Source of the DNA: an uncultured bacterium
Lineage (GTDB): Bacteria > Fidelibacterota > Marinisomatia > Marinisomatales > UBA1611
DNA length: 64,000 nucleotides
Reading direction: 5' to 3'
NCBI GenBank assembly: GCA_964561495.1
Contig: CAZLPW010000005.1
Coordinates: forward strand, 434 to 64,433
The translations under genes and the position numbers were made by a program. The notes beneath the pieces are model-generated. The model saw only the letters and a program-made list of their open reading frames with translations. It searched no databases and was not told the DNA's origin. Of this stretch, positions 26,474 through 36,454 are shown piece by piece (the stretch's first letter is position 1; every line of letters starts with the position of its first letter).

Positions 26474-28813
26474 TTATTTTAGATATAAAATTTTCCTTTT
26501 TATTCTTTGATTTTTATTATCATTTATATTTATAAAATAAACACCTGAACTAATTTCTTGATTCCCAATATCCCATCTGATTGTATTTAAGCCTGATGAT
26601 ATACGGATATCTTTTTTCTCAGAAACAACTTCCCCTAATAATGAGATCAATTGTATCTCGAAATTCTGACTCGCTTTTTGAACTATAATTTCTAAATTAA
26701 TAATTGAGTTAAATGGATTCGGATATATTGAGTTTAGTCTATAAGAACCAATTACATTTTTTTTCGGATCTAGATCCAGTACCTGATTTTGCCCAGAAGG
26801 TGAAGGCGTCATATAATCCCAACCATTGTACATGCCCGATCTTCCATAAGAAATATCACTACTCTGCTCAGGAAATGTCAGTGAGTCTATAATTGTGTTT
26901 CCATCAGGCGCAACCAACGCTAAGAATTCCCCACCTGCACTTAATTTAAAATTGGTATGTAAAAATCCTTGTGACTGATCCTCGTCACACCAAACAAGCA
27001 TAAACTCTCCAGGGTTTAAAATTGGTGTAGTTTGAGGAAACTGCCATTTTGTTAAATTATCTACCCTATCCGTTAGATAATGGCCACTTAAGTCAGCTTC
27101 GAAACCGCTTGATGGAGTAAGCTCCAACCAGTCATCATATTCACCGTATTCATCCGTATTTATCTGATCATTTTTTGCTAGAATTTCATTAATCTTTACA
27201 TTGGCTTCGCCTGATGATTCAACGACTCTAAAATTTTTATATCCAGATGATGGAAAACGATCAATATCTCCATTATAATTAGCAGTAAAATAACCAACGT
27301 AGTCGCCGATTTCTGAAAGACTCAATTGCATCTCCCAGTAATCATTTTTTTCTACTAGGTGCGTCATAGGTTCTGGAGAAAAAACAAGATTAATAGTCTC
27401 CCAATTTGTTGACACATCAAGCTTAAAATGAAATTTTATTTCATCTATGCCCGAAGGGCCAAATGCCGATGCTCCGATAACAAATGTTTCGTTTAATAAA
27501 ATAATATTTTTTTCAATTTCTGCTTGATATATAATTGGCTCTGAGCCGCTATAATATAGCTGACTATTTAATGATCCGTTCCTTGAACTAATAAATTCCA
27601 TAATACCCTGTTTTACATGCTGGTTTTCAAATGAAAATCCAAAACTATTTTGATAATCTTGAATATTAAAACCATAATCATATGTTCTATACGCATCATT
27701 AATTGCAGAAATATAGTTGCTCTCTTTGAGAGTCTCTAGTCTATACTCGATTGAAGACACTGGGTGATATGTTATAATTGTATCTGAATATAATATAGTA
27801 TTATAAAAATCAAGAAAATGTGTGAATAAATTTCTGTATCTTATTTCTGAAAATAAATATTCTGTTAGTGGTCTTGGTCCATCATTAATTAATTCATATT
27901 CATAGGGGTCAATCGTAGACCAATCAATACCAAACCAGTCAACACTAAATGTATTATCATAGTCAAACGGTATCCAATGAAAAATATCTTTTTCGGGTTC
28001 ATGATAAAGATAAAAATTATTTATATTAGAACGATAATCATCCCAGCTACCAGTCAAAATATTCATCGCAAGATACTGGAGCGTCTCTTTAACATTTAAA
28101 ATAAATTCCAATGAATCTGGTTCCTGATCTATGATTCTAATTAATCTTGCTAGTTTGGAATAGTCATAAATTTCTTTATTAGTCTTTAGTTCATAGGGCC
28201 TATCATCGCCCCAATAAGGCTGGTAATCTTCCGCATTATTACCACGATATGTAAGATCTGCAGGCCATATACATTTCCAAAGGTTGCCGCTACCATCAGC
28301 ATAGTTTCTATCAATAAAACTATCATCAATATGTTCAACCGAGACATATAGTCCATAATATTCTTCGTTAATATATAGTTCAGCATGTGCAGCCCTTGAA
28401 GATACCATCCCTATTTCTTGGTACAGATCCCAACATATTTTTGATCTAACGATAGAGGGATCATTATGTTCACCGTTAAGATTAAGTTTTTCAATACCAA
28501 AAAAATTTCTCCCTGATTTAAAATGATTAAAGTCTACTTTAAATGATTTTTTTGCCGCATTTCTAGATGTGTTTCCCCTCAGCCTAAAACCGATTGAATC
28601 TGTACTTTCATTTATGTAAGCATTTTGAAAAGAAAAACTAGCTACATGTAGAGAGTCACTATATACATTATCATACATCCAATCTATTTTGTCTTGGTCA
28701 ATGTATATATTGATTACAGCTATTTCAGAGTCATCATAGACTCTCCAGCTATCATCACCATAGACAAAATAGGATATAAATATAAATAAAATTATTTTTT
28801 TAAAATTCTGCAT
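26474..28813 (-). CDS. CotH kinase-family protein with a lamin-tail domain and a T9SS C-terminal sorting domain
   Basis: CotH core: FRLRGNTSRNAAKKSFKVDF...LNLNGEHNDPSIVRSK...AELYINEEYYGLYVSVEHID. LTD: INEILAKND...DDWLEL. CTD: IYPNPFNSIINLEI...ILYLK. The ATG at 28813 gives a clean signal peptide. Confidence 0.82.
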   Translation of the reverse strand: MQNFKKIILFIFISYFVYGDDSWRVYDDSEIAVINIYIDQDKIDWMYDNVYSDSLHVASFSFQNAYINESTDSIGFRLRGNTSRNAAKKSFKVDFNHFKSGRNFFGIEKLNLNGEHNDPSIVRSKICWDLYQEIGMVSSRAAHAELYINEEYYGLYVSVEHIDDSFIDRNYADGSGNLWKCIWPADLTYRGNNAEDYQPYWGDDRPYELKTNKEIYDYSKLARLIRIIDQEPDSLEFILNVKETLQYLAMNILTGSWDDYRSNINNFYLYHEPEKDIFHWIPFDYDNTFSVDWFGIDWSTIDPYEYELINDGPRPLTEYLFSEIRYRNLFTHFLDFYNTILYSDTIITYHPVSSIEYRLETLKESNYISAINDAYRTYDYGFNIQDYQNSFGFSFENQHVKQGIMEFISSRNGSLNSQLYYSGSEPIIYQAEIEKNIILLNETFVIGASAFGPSGIDEIKFHFKLDVSTNWETINLVFSPEPMTHLVEKNDYWEMQLSLSEIGDYVGYFTANYNGDIDRFPSSGYKNFRVVESSGEANVKINEILAKNDQINTDEYGEYDDWLELTPSSGFEADLSGHYLTDRVDNLTKWQFPQTTPILNPGEFMLVWCDEDQSQGFLHTNFKLSAGGEFLALVAPDGNTIIDSLTFPEQSSDISYGRSGMYNGWDYMTPSPSGQNQVLDLDPKKNVIGSYRLNSIYPNPFNSIINLEIIVQKASQNFEIQLISLLGEVVSEKKDIRISSGLNTIRWDIGNQEISSGVYFININDNKNQRIKRKILYLK

Positions 28814-30158
28814 AGAAAAAATCGTGGCTATAAGGCTCAAGCTGAACTATAAAGATTGAGCCTGTTTCAAGATTATAATTTAGATTTTTTATCAAAGAAT
28901 TTAGTTTTTTTATTTTTACTGGTATTTCAACAGGTATTGACATAGTCGAAGCGCTATTATTGATCGCCACAATCATAATTTCATCAAAATATATTTTCCC
29001 TACTATTAAAAAAGGACCTTTCGAATGCAATACTAATAAGTCACCAATAGCAAGCGAAGGGTAGGTCTTGCGAAGCAAGTTTAGTTTCGAAAAAACTTTT
29101 TTTAATTTCAGCTCTTCCTCGTTCAGTTCAAAACGCATCATTCTCCTATTCCCCGGATCGCCCTCTCCCATGAGCGCAATCTCTTCTCCATAATAAATTA
29201 TCGGTACTCCCGGTAAGGATAAATTAAAAGCATGAAAATTCGCAAGTTTATTGTAAGTAGTTTTATTAATAATTGGTTCAGCTGGATCTTTGAAAGAGCG
29301 TTCGGTTCCATTTTCACTAAATTTAATCTGTCCATCAGCATAGGCTGAGAATCTTAACTGGTCGTGACTGCTTGTAATGTTACCCATCAAATTAATTGAC
29401 CCAAATTTTTTTCTGTTTCTAATAAGGATAGATTTTATATCATTAAAGTTTGATTGGTCACTTGCAAATTTTTCACGAACATTGAAATAAATATCAAAAT
29501 TAAACTGAGCATCAAGCTCTGATGGATTTACATAGCTACCTATTAGGTCATTTGAACCAAATGTTTCCCCAATCTGATACAGATTCCGATCAGGAAATTC
29601 CTTCTTAAGCTGCTTTGTTAGCCTCATCCAAAATTCATGGGGTACATGCTTAACAGCATCTTGTCGAAAACCATCAACGCTGTATGTTTCCACCCACCAT
29701 ATTGCATCGTTTACTACCTGCGTAATTGCCTCAGGTGATTTTGAATAATCAAAAGAGGGCAAGAACTCATCAAACCAAGTTGTTAATCTAGTATCACCAT
29801 CCCAAAGACGTATATTTTTTCGTCCATCTGGAAGTTGAATACTCCCAAACCATTCGGGGCTTCTTTTAACATAAACATGATCCTGATGCACATGGTTGCT
29901 AACAAAATCTAGTAAAACTCTGATCTCATTCTTATGTAAATATTCAATTAATTCTTTAAGATCATCAGAACTTCCAAAACGTTTTTCTATTAATCTTGGT
30001 TTAACAGGCCAATAACCGTGATAACCAGTAAATGAATGGTTAGGGCTAACCCACTCTACCCAACTAGTATCGGTTTGCTCTTGGATAGGAGACAACCATA
30101 GTGAGGAAATATTTAAATCCTCAAAATATTTTTCTTCTGCCTTTTTTTTTGATTCCAA
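28800..30158 (-). CDS. GH13 alpha-amylase-family catalytic domain (downstream part of a frameshifted gene)
   Basis: GH13 regions I-IV: DFVSNHV, DGFRQDAVKHV, YQIGETFG and ITSSHDQ. The frame opens only at a TTG within the overlap with the upstream ORF. Confidence 0.85.
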   Translation of the reverse strand: MESKKKAEEKYFEDLNISSLWLSPIQEQTDTSWVEWVSPNHSFTGYHGYWPVKPRLIEKRFGSSDDLKELIEYLHKNEIRVLLDFVSNHVHQDHVYVKRSPEWFGSIQLPDGRKNIRLWDGDTRLTTWFDEFLPSFDYSKSPEAITQVVNDAIWWVETYSVDGFRQDAVKHVPHEFWMRLTKQLKKEFPDRNLYQIGETFGSNDLIGSYVNPSELDAQFNFDIYFNVREKFASDQSNFNDIKSILIRNRKKFGSINLMGNITSSHDQLRFSAYADGQIKFSENGTERSFKDPAEPIINKTTYNKLANFHAFNLSLPGVPIIYYGEEIALMGEGDPGNRRMMRFELNEEELKLKKVFSKLNLLRKTYPSLAIGDLLVLHSKGPFLIVGKIYFDEIMIVAINNSASTMSIPVEIPVKIKKLNSLIKNLNYNLETGSIFIVQLEPYSHDFFYAEF

Positions 30159-31146
30159 CTAAATCCCCTCCATTAAAATTAGCTAAAGAATGTAACTTAG
30201 GATCTTTTATTGGTTTATTGTTATTTATGTCTCCATCAAAAAACCTGTCGATCATTGTATTATAAATAATTTCAAAATGCCATGACTTATCGTTTGAGTT
30301 TAAAGGGCTACCATTAAGAAGAATTGTTTGGTTTTCCAAAATTGGACGACCCTTTGTATCTACTGCTAAGATTCGCAACAGACCATTATCTATAGATCGG
30401 ATATTTATTTTTATTCCACCATCCTCAAGCGGATCCGTCTTATCAGGATGTAGCCGGGAATTATCTAATAAAACTATCCAGTCTAAAACGCTTGATCCAT
30501 CAGAAGGTGACAGGTATTTATATGTTAACCAGTTACCACTGTGATTGGTCTTTATTAAAGCCCCAGACTCTGATGAAGCACTATCAGAAAGATCCAAAAT
30601 AGAGTTCCACCCGCCTATATTATTTGATATAAAAACACTGTTCCCTGGATCTATTAATTCTTCCCCATTAACAACAAATTTGTATTCATGTTTCTTCGGC
30701 TCCATAAATACATTTTTTTCATATTGATTATTTTTTTGGCTTTCCATTCTTAATTCGTCCCTTGACCAATCATTAAAGCCTCCCATAACATAAACTTTAT
30801 CGCCATCTTTACCTTGATAATGAAACCTGTGGTCAATCATTTTTTCCACTCGTATATAAATCTCAAATTTTTCTCCATCTATGAGCATATTTATAGGATA
30901 AAGACCTGGTTCCAAACGTTCTGAATTAATATTTATTTCATATTTATTGATAGAGATACCTTGTGTTTGGTTTAAAAGAAATACTGAGCTGTTTTCTCTA
31001 ATTAGATATTTTCCTAAATCAAAAGATTTTGTACTGCCTTGTGAAACTTCGATAACTGGAACAGGATAAATTTTTTGTGCCTCTTCTTTTCCACAAGAAA
31101 AAAATAAGAAGAATAAAAATATGATGACTTTTTTATCGCTGAACAT
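30121..31146 (-). CDS. N-terminal part of the same GH13 lipoprotein (signal/lipobox plus a CBM48/E-set-like domain)
   Basis: Lipobox FFSCG. The domain KVYVMGGFNDWSRDELRMES...HEYKFVVNGEELIDP. It ends ...MIDRFFDGD...FNGGDLVGIKKK just before the A9 run. Confidence 0.8.
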   Translation of the reverse strand: MFSDKKVIIFLFFLFFSCGKEEAQKIYPVPVIEVSQGSTKSFDLGKYLIRENSSVFLLNQTQGISINKYEININSERLEPGLYPINMLIDGEKFEIYIRVEKMIDHRFHYQGKDGDKVYVMGGFNDWSRDELRMESQKNNQYEKNVFMEPKKHEYKFVVNGEELIDPGNSVFISNNIGGWNSILDLSDSASSESGALIKTNHSGNWLTYKYLSPSDGSSVLDWIVLLDNSRLHPDKTDPLEDGGIKINIRSIDNGLLRILAVDTKGRPILENQTILLNGSPLNSNDKSWHFEIIYNTMIDRFFDGDINNNKPIKDPKLHSLANFNGGDLVGIKKKGRRKIF

Positions 31147-31181
31147 TAACCGTAATTTAGTAAGCGATTGCTGAATTATTA

Positions 31182-33200
31182 ATGAGATATAACATTATAA
31201 TAAGAAAAAAAATAATTCCTGTCTTTTTTATTATTGCAAGCTTAATTATAAACTTTAGTTGCATAAAATCTGCTCCTAAAATTGGTCTCTCTTATGGTGC
31301 CTTCCTTCGTCCTGACGGTATCGAATTTCGTCTCTATGCACCATCTAGTGATTCTGTCAATCTAGTAATATTTTCTAATCCAGAAGACTCAATCGGGACT
31401 GAATTCTCTATGGAACCTAATTCCGATGGCGAGTGGTTTGCTTTTATTGACAGCATTAAGGCTGGTTCTATATATGGCTACAGATTATTTGGGGAAAAAA
31501 ATGACTCAAATATCGTTGTAGCGGATCCGTATTCAAAAGCTGCAATAACTCAAAATAAATGGAGACATATAGCAAAGAGTTTGGTCATAGAGTCTGATTT
31601 TAATTGGGAGGGAGATACTTGGAAAACCATTAACCCTAGAAACTTAGTTATATATGAGGCTCACTTAAGAGACATGACTGTTCATCCTTCTTCGGGAACA
31701 AAATCTAAGGGAACATACCTTGGCTTTATCGAAAACAATCAGAATGGAGGTTTGGAGCACCTAAAGAGTCTTGGTGTCAATGCAGTACAATTTTTACCCT
31801 TATGGGATTTTGCAAACTTTGAAATTCCATACAAAAAGCAGGCAGATATATTTTATAATGACTGGAACCCATACGAAAGAAATCACTGGGGCTATATGCC
31901 TACCTTCTTTTTTGCTCCTGAAACCTACTACTCAACAGAAGGTACTGATACTCCAGAGGCCTGGAACGGTAAAAAAGGTAAAGCCGTTAATGAGCTAAAG
32001 GAAGTGGTAAAAACCTTACACCAAAATAATATAGCTGTAATCATGGATGTTGTAGTTAATCATGTATCAAACTATGACTACCACCCACTTAAATATATAG
32101 ACAGAGATTTATATTTTAAAATGGATGAGAACGGTAACTACATCAGTCAGTGCTGTGGTAATCTGCTTAATACCGATGAACCGATCGTAAGAGACTACAT
32201 CATTGAAAGTCTTATATACTGGATGACAGAATATCATATAGATGGATTTCGTTTTGATCAGGCTCATCTTATATCCAACGAAACAGCACAAATAATTTTG
32301 GAACGGCTTCGAAACATTAATCCAAGGGTCTATATTTATGGAGAAGCTTGGGATAACAAAGGCTCTAAATTTTCAGAAATGGGCTGGGGCTCTTTCAACG
32401 CACATTTTAGAGACGTACTAAGAGGCGATCTCTGGGACTATTCAAAAAAAGGATTTTTATTCGGATCTTATAGACCCAATGAAAATAAGGACGAACTAGT
32501 TAATATAATTTCTGGCACCAGCCTAGGTCCTAAAGGAATCTATAAAGAACCAGAGCATGCTATAAACTTTCTTGAGGTCCATGATGATTATTGTTTTAGT
32601 GACTATCTACGATTCTCATCTGGAAGAAATAAACCAGATGATATTATAACGGATAAACTCGAGCATATAAAACTTTCAGATGTAATTTTGAGAATGAACA
32701 CACTGGGTGCTACTGTGTTATTTACAAGTTTAGGAATCCCACTGATCCATCAGGGACAAGAGTGGGGGCATACACAAGTTATTGCAAAAACAAATTATCC
32801 TGATCAGAACGCAGGTAAAATGGATAGGAATCCTTACAATAAAGATAATGAAACAAACTGGGTTAACTGGAATGAGGTTAAGCAAAATCAACTTTTATTT
32901 GACTACTACAAAGGACTAATTAAAATAAGAAAAAAATATTCGCAACTACGGAATTCTTCGGCTAGCCAGATAGAGTTTTTAGATTTAGAAAATGAGTTTG
33001 GACTCGGCTATATATACGATAATAGTTTGGCTATCTATCTCAATGGAGATCCAAATAATTCTATTAGTATAAAACTTTTAGATGGAAAATGGTTGCAACT
33101 TTCTAACTCCACTAAGGTCGATGTAAACGGAATTCGAGTTGCTGAAGGATATGTAAATATTCCTCCTACAAGTGGGGCAATCTTTGTAAAAGAAATATAG
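31182..33200 (+). CDS. pullulanase-type GH13 debranching enzyme
   Basis: CBM48-like N-terminus (IEFRLYAPSSDSVNLVIF...GSIYGYRL), then YEAHLRDMT, VIMDVVVNHV, IDGFRFDQAHL, YGEAWD and FLEVHDD. Confidence 0.85.
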   Translation: MRYNIIIRKKIIPVFFIIASLIINFSCIKSAPKIGLSYGAFLRPDGIEFRLYAPSSDSVNLVIFSNPEDSIGTEFSMEPNSDGEWFAFIDSIKAGSIYGYRLFGEKNDSNIVVADPYSKAAITQNKWRHIAKSLVIESDFNWEGDTWKTINPRNLVIYEAHLRDMTVHPSSGTKSKGTYLGFIENNQNGGLEHLKSLGVNAVQFLPLWDFANFEIPYKKQADIFYNDWNPYERNHWGYMPTFFFAPETYYSTEGTDTPEAWNGKKGKAVNELKEVVKTLHQNNIAVIMDVVVNHVSNYDYHPLKYIDRDLYFKMDENGNYISQCCGNLLNTDEPIVRDYIIESLIYWMTEYHIDGFRFDQAHLISNETAQIILERLRNINPRVYIYGEAWDNKGSKFSEMGWGSFNAHFRDVLRGDLWDYSKKGFLFGSYRPNENKDELVNIISGTSLGPKGIYKEPEHAINFLEVHDDYCFSDYLRFSSGRNKPDDIITDKLEHIKLSDVILRMNTLGATVLFTSLGIPLIHQGQEWGHTQVIAKTNYPDQNAGKMDRNPYNKDNETNWVNWNEVKQNQLLFDYYKGLIKIRKKYSQLRNSSASQIEFLDLENEFGLGYIYDNSLAIYLNGDPNNSISIKLLDGKWLQLSNSTKVDVNGIRVAEGYVNIPPTSGAIFVKEI

Positions 33201-33255
33201 TCTAAAATTAAATTTTGAGTTAGAGTTAAAACAAAAGAAAATTTTAATTGCTACA

Positions 33256-35229
33256 CTATCTAAGCAGAATCACTTTCCTTTGAATACTATAGTCTTTGTT
33301 ATTAGCATTAATAATATATATACCACTGCTGCACTCATTACCAAATCTATCAAATGCATCCCACTCTAAAGTATGAGTCCCTGTGGTGAATATATTTTTA
33401 CTCCAACTTTGAATTAGCTCTCCTCTGAGACTGTATACTGAAAAGTTAAGTTCTCCAGGTTCACTGATACTTATATCCATGCTTACTCTGGGATTAAACG
33501 GATTAGGATAGGGTTTGCCCAAATAAAAATTTTCTGATACAATACCACTATTTTTTGTGCCCATCGTTGATTCAAATGTGATACTCTTAATATTAAATCC
33601 TGCCGCAACAATCTGAATTTTTAAAAATTTTTGACCACCACTTATCTCTACTCCCTCGGTGACTATATCCTCCCAATTATACCACCCTCCAGTACTAGAA
33701 ACATCGATAACTCCAAGATTTTGTCCATCTAATCGAGCGAAAAAGATACCCCCAGATTCAGGAGCTGAAATACTAAACTTGACATCATAAATACCAGGGC
33801 TAACATTTTCAATAGTATATCCTAACCACTCACCTGCTGCAGTCCAACCAACTGTGAAAGGAATATTCGGATCTTGATCACTTCCTTCCAAGTCAACACC
33901 ATCATTCCTTCCAACCCATCCTTCATTATATCCGCCATCCCCATCATTCCAATAATCACTATCTGAATAGGATATACCTCTTGCCCCAAAATCATAGTAG
34001 GCTGCTGCAATAGTTCCTGGGATAGCATGAGCAGTGAAAGGTTTTGAAATCTCACCATAATCTGGATCAGTTAATGATGCAATGACTCCTGGTCTAGTTA
34101 TACACTCTTCAATTTTTAGACTATTTGCAAAACTTGTCAGACCCATCCCCGCTATATTAGGATCTGGCTGAGCAATGGCCCCAGTTAAATAATCAATAAT
34201 AGTTTGATATTCAGGAGTTACTACCGCTGAATATGGACTCGTTATTTTATCAACTTTTTTGTGAGTCCAGAAGTTCCAGCCAATGTTATTCTCTTCTAAT
34301 AGTTTAAAAACTTCATAATACCAATGATTTGAGTTCTCTCCCGACTCTCCCATCCAAAGAGGAACACCATAATTACTTCTCATATTTATGTAAGATTGTA
34401 TTGTGGTTATATCAGTCTGCCCCCAATATTTATGGAATGAATAGCCCATATTATCGTCCCACGGAGGTGTAAGACCAGAAAAATCTGTCCCATACCAATT
34501 CCCTTCCACCCAAATTAAATGGTTATTGTCTACTTCCCTTATTGCTTCCGTGATATCAATATATAGTTGCTTAAACTCTTCTAGACTAACATTACCTGGC
34601 AAAACTGGCTCATTGATTAAATCGTAGCCCCCAATAAGAGTCTCACTCGAATAGTATTCTGCTATTTCTCTCCAAATTTGTATGGTTAATTCCTTATTCT
34701 CTTCTTCAAGCCAAAGCCGTGCGGTTCCATCACTATCACTTATAGGACCCCCATTCTGAGCTCCTGGTGCACAGTGCATATCTAAAATTATATACATATT
34801 GTAAGGCTCACACCAACTTATCAGCTCATCGATGATTGCGTAACCTATAGGTATTTGTGTGCCAGTTGAATCATAAAATTGCTTATAGTGAAAGGGCACT
34901 CTAATATGATTAAAGCCCCACTCAGCAATTTGATCAATATCAGCCTGAGCAACGTAATTTTCTCTATATAAAATCCAAAAATCTTCCGCAGCCTCAGGAC
35001 CAATAAGATTTTCTACATGATTCTCAATATCTGTTGGTGATTCAAAACCAGAAATCCAAGCCTGATTATGTAGCATATATCCTTCAGGTACGAGCCAACC
35101 TCCTAACCCAAAGCCCCTCAAAAGAATAGGTTCACCATTGCCATCTACGACTTCTCCACTAATATTATGAAGGAACCCTTGTGAAAAAGATAAACAAGTT
35201 GCTAAAAAAGTAATAATTATTATTCGCAT
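33256..35229 (-). CDS. GH5 beta-glucanase (exo-1,3-beta-glucanase-like) with a CBM6-like domain and a T9SS sorting domain
   Basis: GFNHIRVPF, ILDMHCAPGAQNGG and GYDLINEP. The CBM6-like beta-sandwich contains GWYNWEDI. CTD: YPNPFNPRVSM...KVILLR. The start at 35229 (MRIIIITFLATCLSF) gives a signal peptide; the track start is 35250. Confidence 0.85.
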   Translation of the reverse strand: MRIIIITFLATCLSFSQGFLHNISGEVVDGNGEPILLRGFGLGGWLVPEGYMLHNQAWISGFESPTDIENHVENLIGPEAAEDFWILYRENYVAQADIDQIAEWGFNHIRVPFHYKQFYDSTGTQIPIGYAIIDELISWCEPYNMYIILDMHCAPGAQNGGPISDSDGTARLWLEEENKELTIQIWREIAEYYSSETLIGGYDLINEPVLPGNVSLEEFKQLYIDITEAIREVDNNHLIWVEGNWYGTDFSGLTPPWDDNMGYSFHKYWGQTDITTIQSYINMRSNYGVPLWMGESGENSNHWYYEVFKLLEENNIGWNFWTHKKVDKITSPYSAVVTPEYQTIIDYLTGAIAQPDPNIAGMGLTSFANSLKIEECITRPGVIASLTDPDYGEISKPFTAHAIPGTIAAAYYDFGARGISYSDSDYWNDGDGGYNEGWVGRNDGVDLEGSDQDPNIPFTVGWTAAGEWLGYTIENVSPGIYDVKFSISAPESGGIFFARLDGQNLGVIDVSSTGGWYNWEDIVTEGVEISGGQKFLKIQIVAAGFNIKSITFESTMGTKNSGIVSENFYLGKPYPNPFNPRVSMDISISEPGELNFSVYSLRGELIQSWSKNIFTTGTHTLEWDAFDRFGNECSSGIYIINANNKDYSIQRKVILLR

Positions 35230-36425
35230 GTTAAACATTCTCCAAAACAAACAGGTAGAAGCAAAGTATCCATATCACTAACAGTAAGTGATCTATCATT
35301 ATGTTGCCCAACACTACAATAATCTTCTAAAACCTCCCAGCCACCTTGCCATGTATTTGGGAAATACCCATTTCTGAATTTGTAAGTATAACTAGAATGA
35401 GGAGGAAGTATCAAAGTGATTCCCCAAATACTTGAATCCACTGATTGATTCATCTGAATTCCTCCTGGCTGACCAGAACCTAAATTACCCCCTGACAACC
35501 AAACACCAGTCTCTGAAACATTTTGATTTTTCATATCTACTTTAAAAGTTACACTAACATCTTTATAATTATCAGATTTTTCAAAAACTCTAACATAATC
35601 AACTAACATCCTCATTGGAAAGGCACTAGGAGAAACGCCCTGCGCGCCACCCCAATCTCCACCAATCGCAAGATTTAAGATAATATAATGGGGCTCGTCA
35701 AACGGCCATTTTCCAGTGTCTCCATCACTATCATTGTAAACAAAAAAATAAGCTTCATTATCTATTAGATAGCGCAGATAGTGTGGACTCCACTGAAGAG
35801 AGTAAACATGAAAAGAGTCTGTAGCTGTTGATAAAAATTTTGATCCCGATTTTTGGGTATTGCTCATATGATTGTATTCCTCAGTGTGGATTGAACCATG
35901 TATCATTCCATCATCAAATCCAACATGTTCCATGATATCAATCTCGCCGCAGTCTGGCCAACCAATTGTCGATATACTTTCACCTAGCATCCAAATTGCA
36001 GGCCAAGTTCCCTTACCTTTAGGCAGTTTAGCCCTCACATCAAAACGACCATATGTTCTCGATACCTTATTATCAGTGTTAATTCTACCAGAGGTATAGT
36101 CTGAACTATATTCAGTTCCTGTATAATCAGTACCATAATAACCAGGCTCAACAAGACCCTGTAAAACTAAAATACCATCCTCAAGAAAAATATTGGTGTC
36201 TCTGTCCGTATAGGCCTGTAACTCATTGTTAACCCACCCTGGTTGCCATCTCAGTTTATTCCACTTGGAAATATCTAACTCACTTCCATCAAATTCATCT
36301 GACCATACCAAATCCCAGTCATCATTTTCTAATAAATTTGAATCATTATGCCCTTGTCTTTCATCATCATTTTGACACCCGAAAATTGAAAATGAAAAAA
36401 TCATTATTATTAAGAAATTAATCAT
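35220..36425 (-). CDS. GH16 laminarinase-type lipoprotein with a C-terminal carbohydrate-binding-like domain
   Basis: Lipobox IFGC. WSDEFDG, GRFDVRAKLPKGKGTWPAIWMLG and the catalytic GEIDIMEH (ExDxxE). The C-terminal beta-sandwich is VSVTFKVDM...YTYKFRNG. Confidence 0.9.
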   Translation of the reverse strand: MINFLIIMIFSFSIFGCQNDDERQGHNDSNLLENDDWDLVWSDEFDGSELDISKWNKLRWQPGWVNNELQAYTDRDTNIFLEDGILVLQGLVEPGYYGTDYTGTEYSSDYTSGRINTDNKVSRTYGRFDVRAKLPKGKGTWPAIWMLGESISTIGWPDCGEIDIMEHVGFDDGMIHGSIHTEEYNHMSNTQKSGSKFLSTATDSFHVYSLQWSPHYLRYLIDNEAYFFVYNDSDGDTGKWPFDEPHYIILNLAIGGDWGGAQGVSPSAFPMRMLVDYVRVFEKSDNYKDVSVTFKVDMKNQNVSETGVWLSGGNLGSGQPGGIQMNQSVDSSIWGITLILPPHSSYTYKFRNGYFPNTWQGGWEVLEDYCSVGQHNDRSLTVSDMDTLLLPVCFGECLTCE

Positions 36426-36454
36426 TAAAACCTATTCTTATATTTAGCCAGAAG

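Noticed and set aside
28814-28840. The upstream start at 28840 for the CotH gene.
   Set aside because: The ATG at 28813 yields a canonical signal peptide (MQNFKKIILFIFISYFVYG). The longer form adds nine residues before it and deepens the overlap with the GH13 gene.
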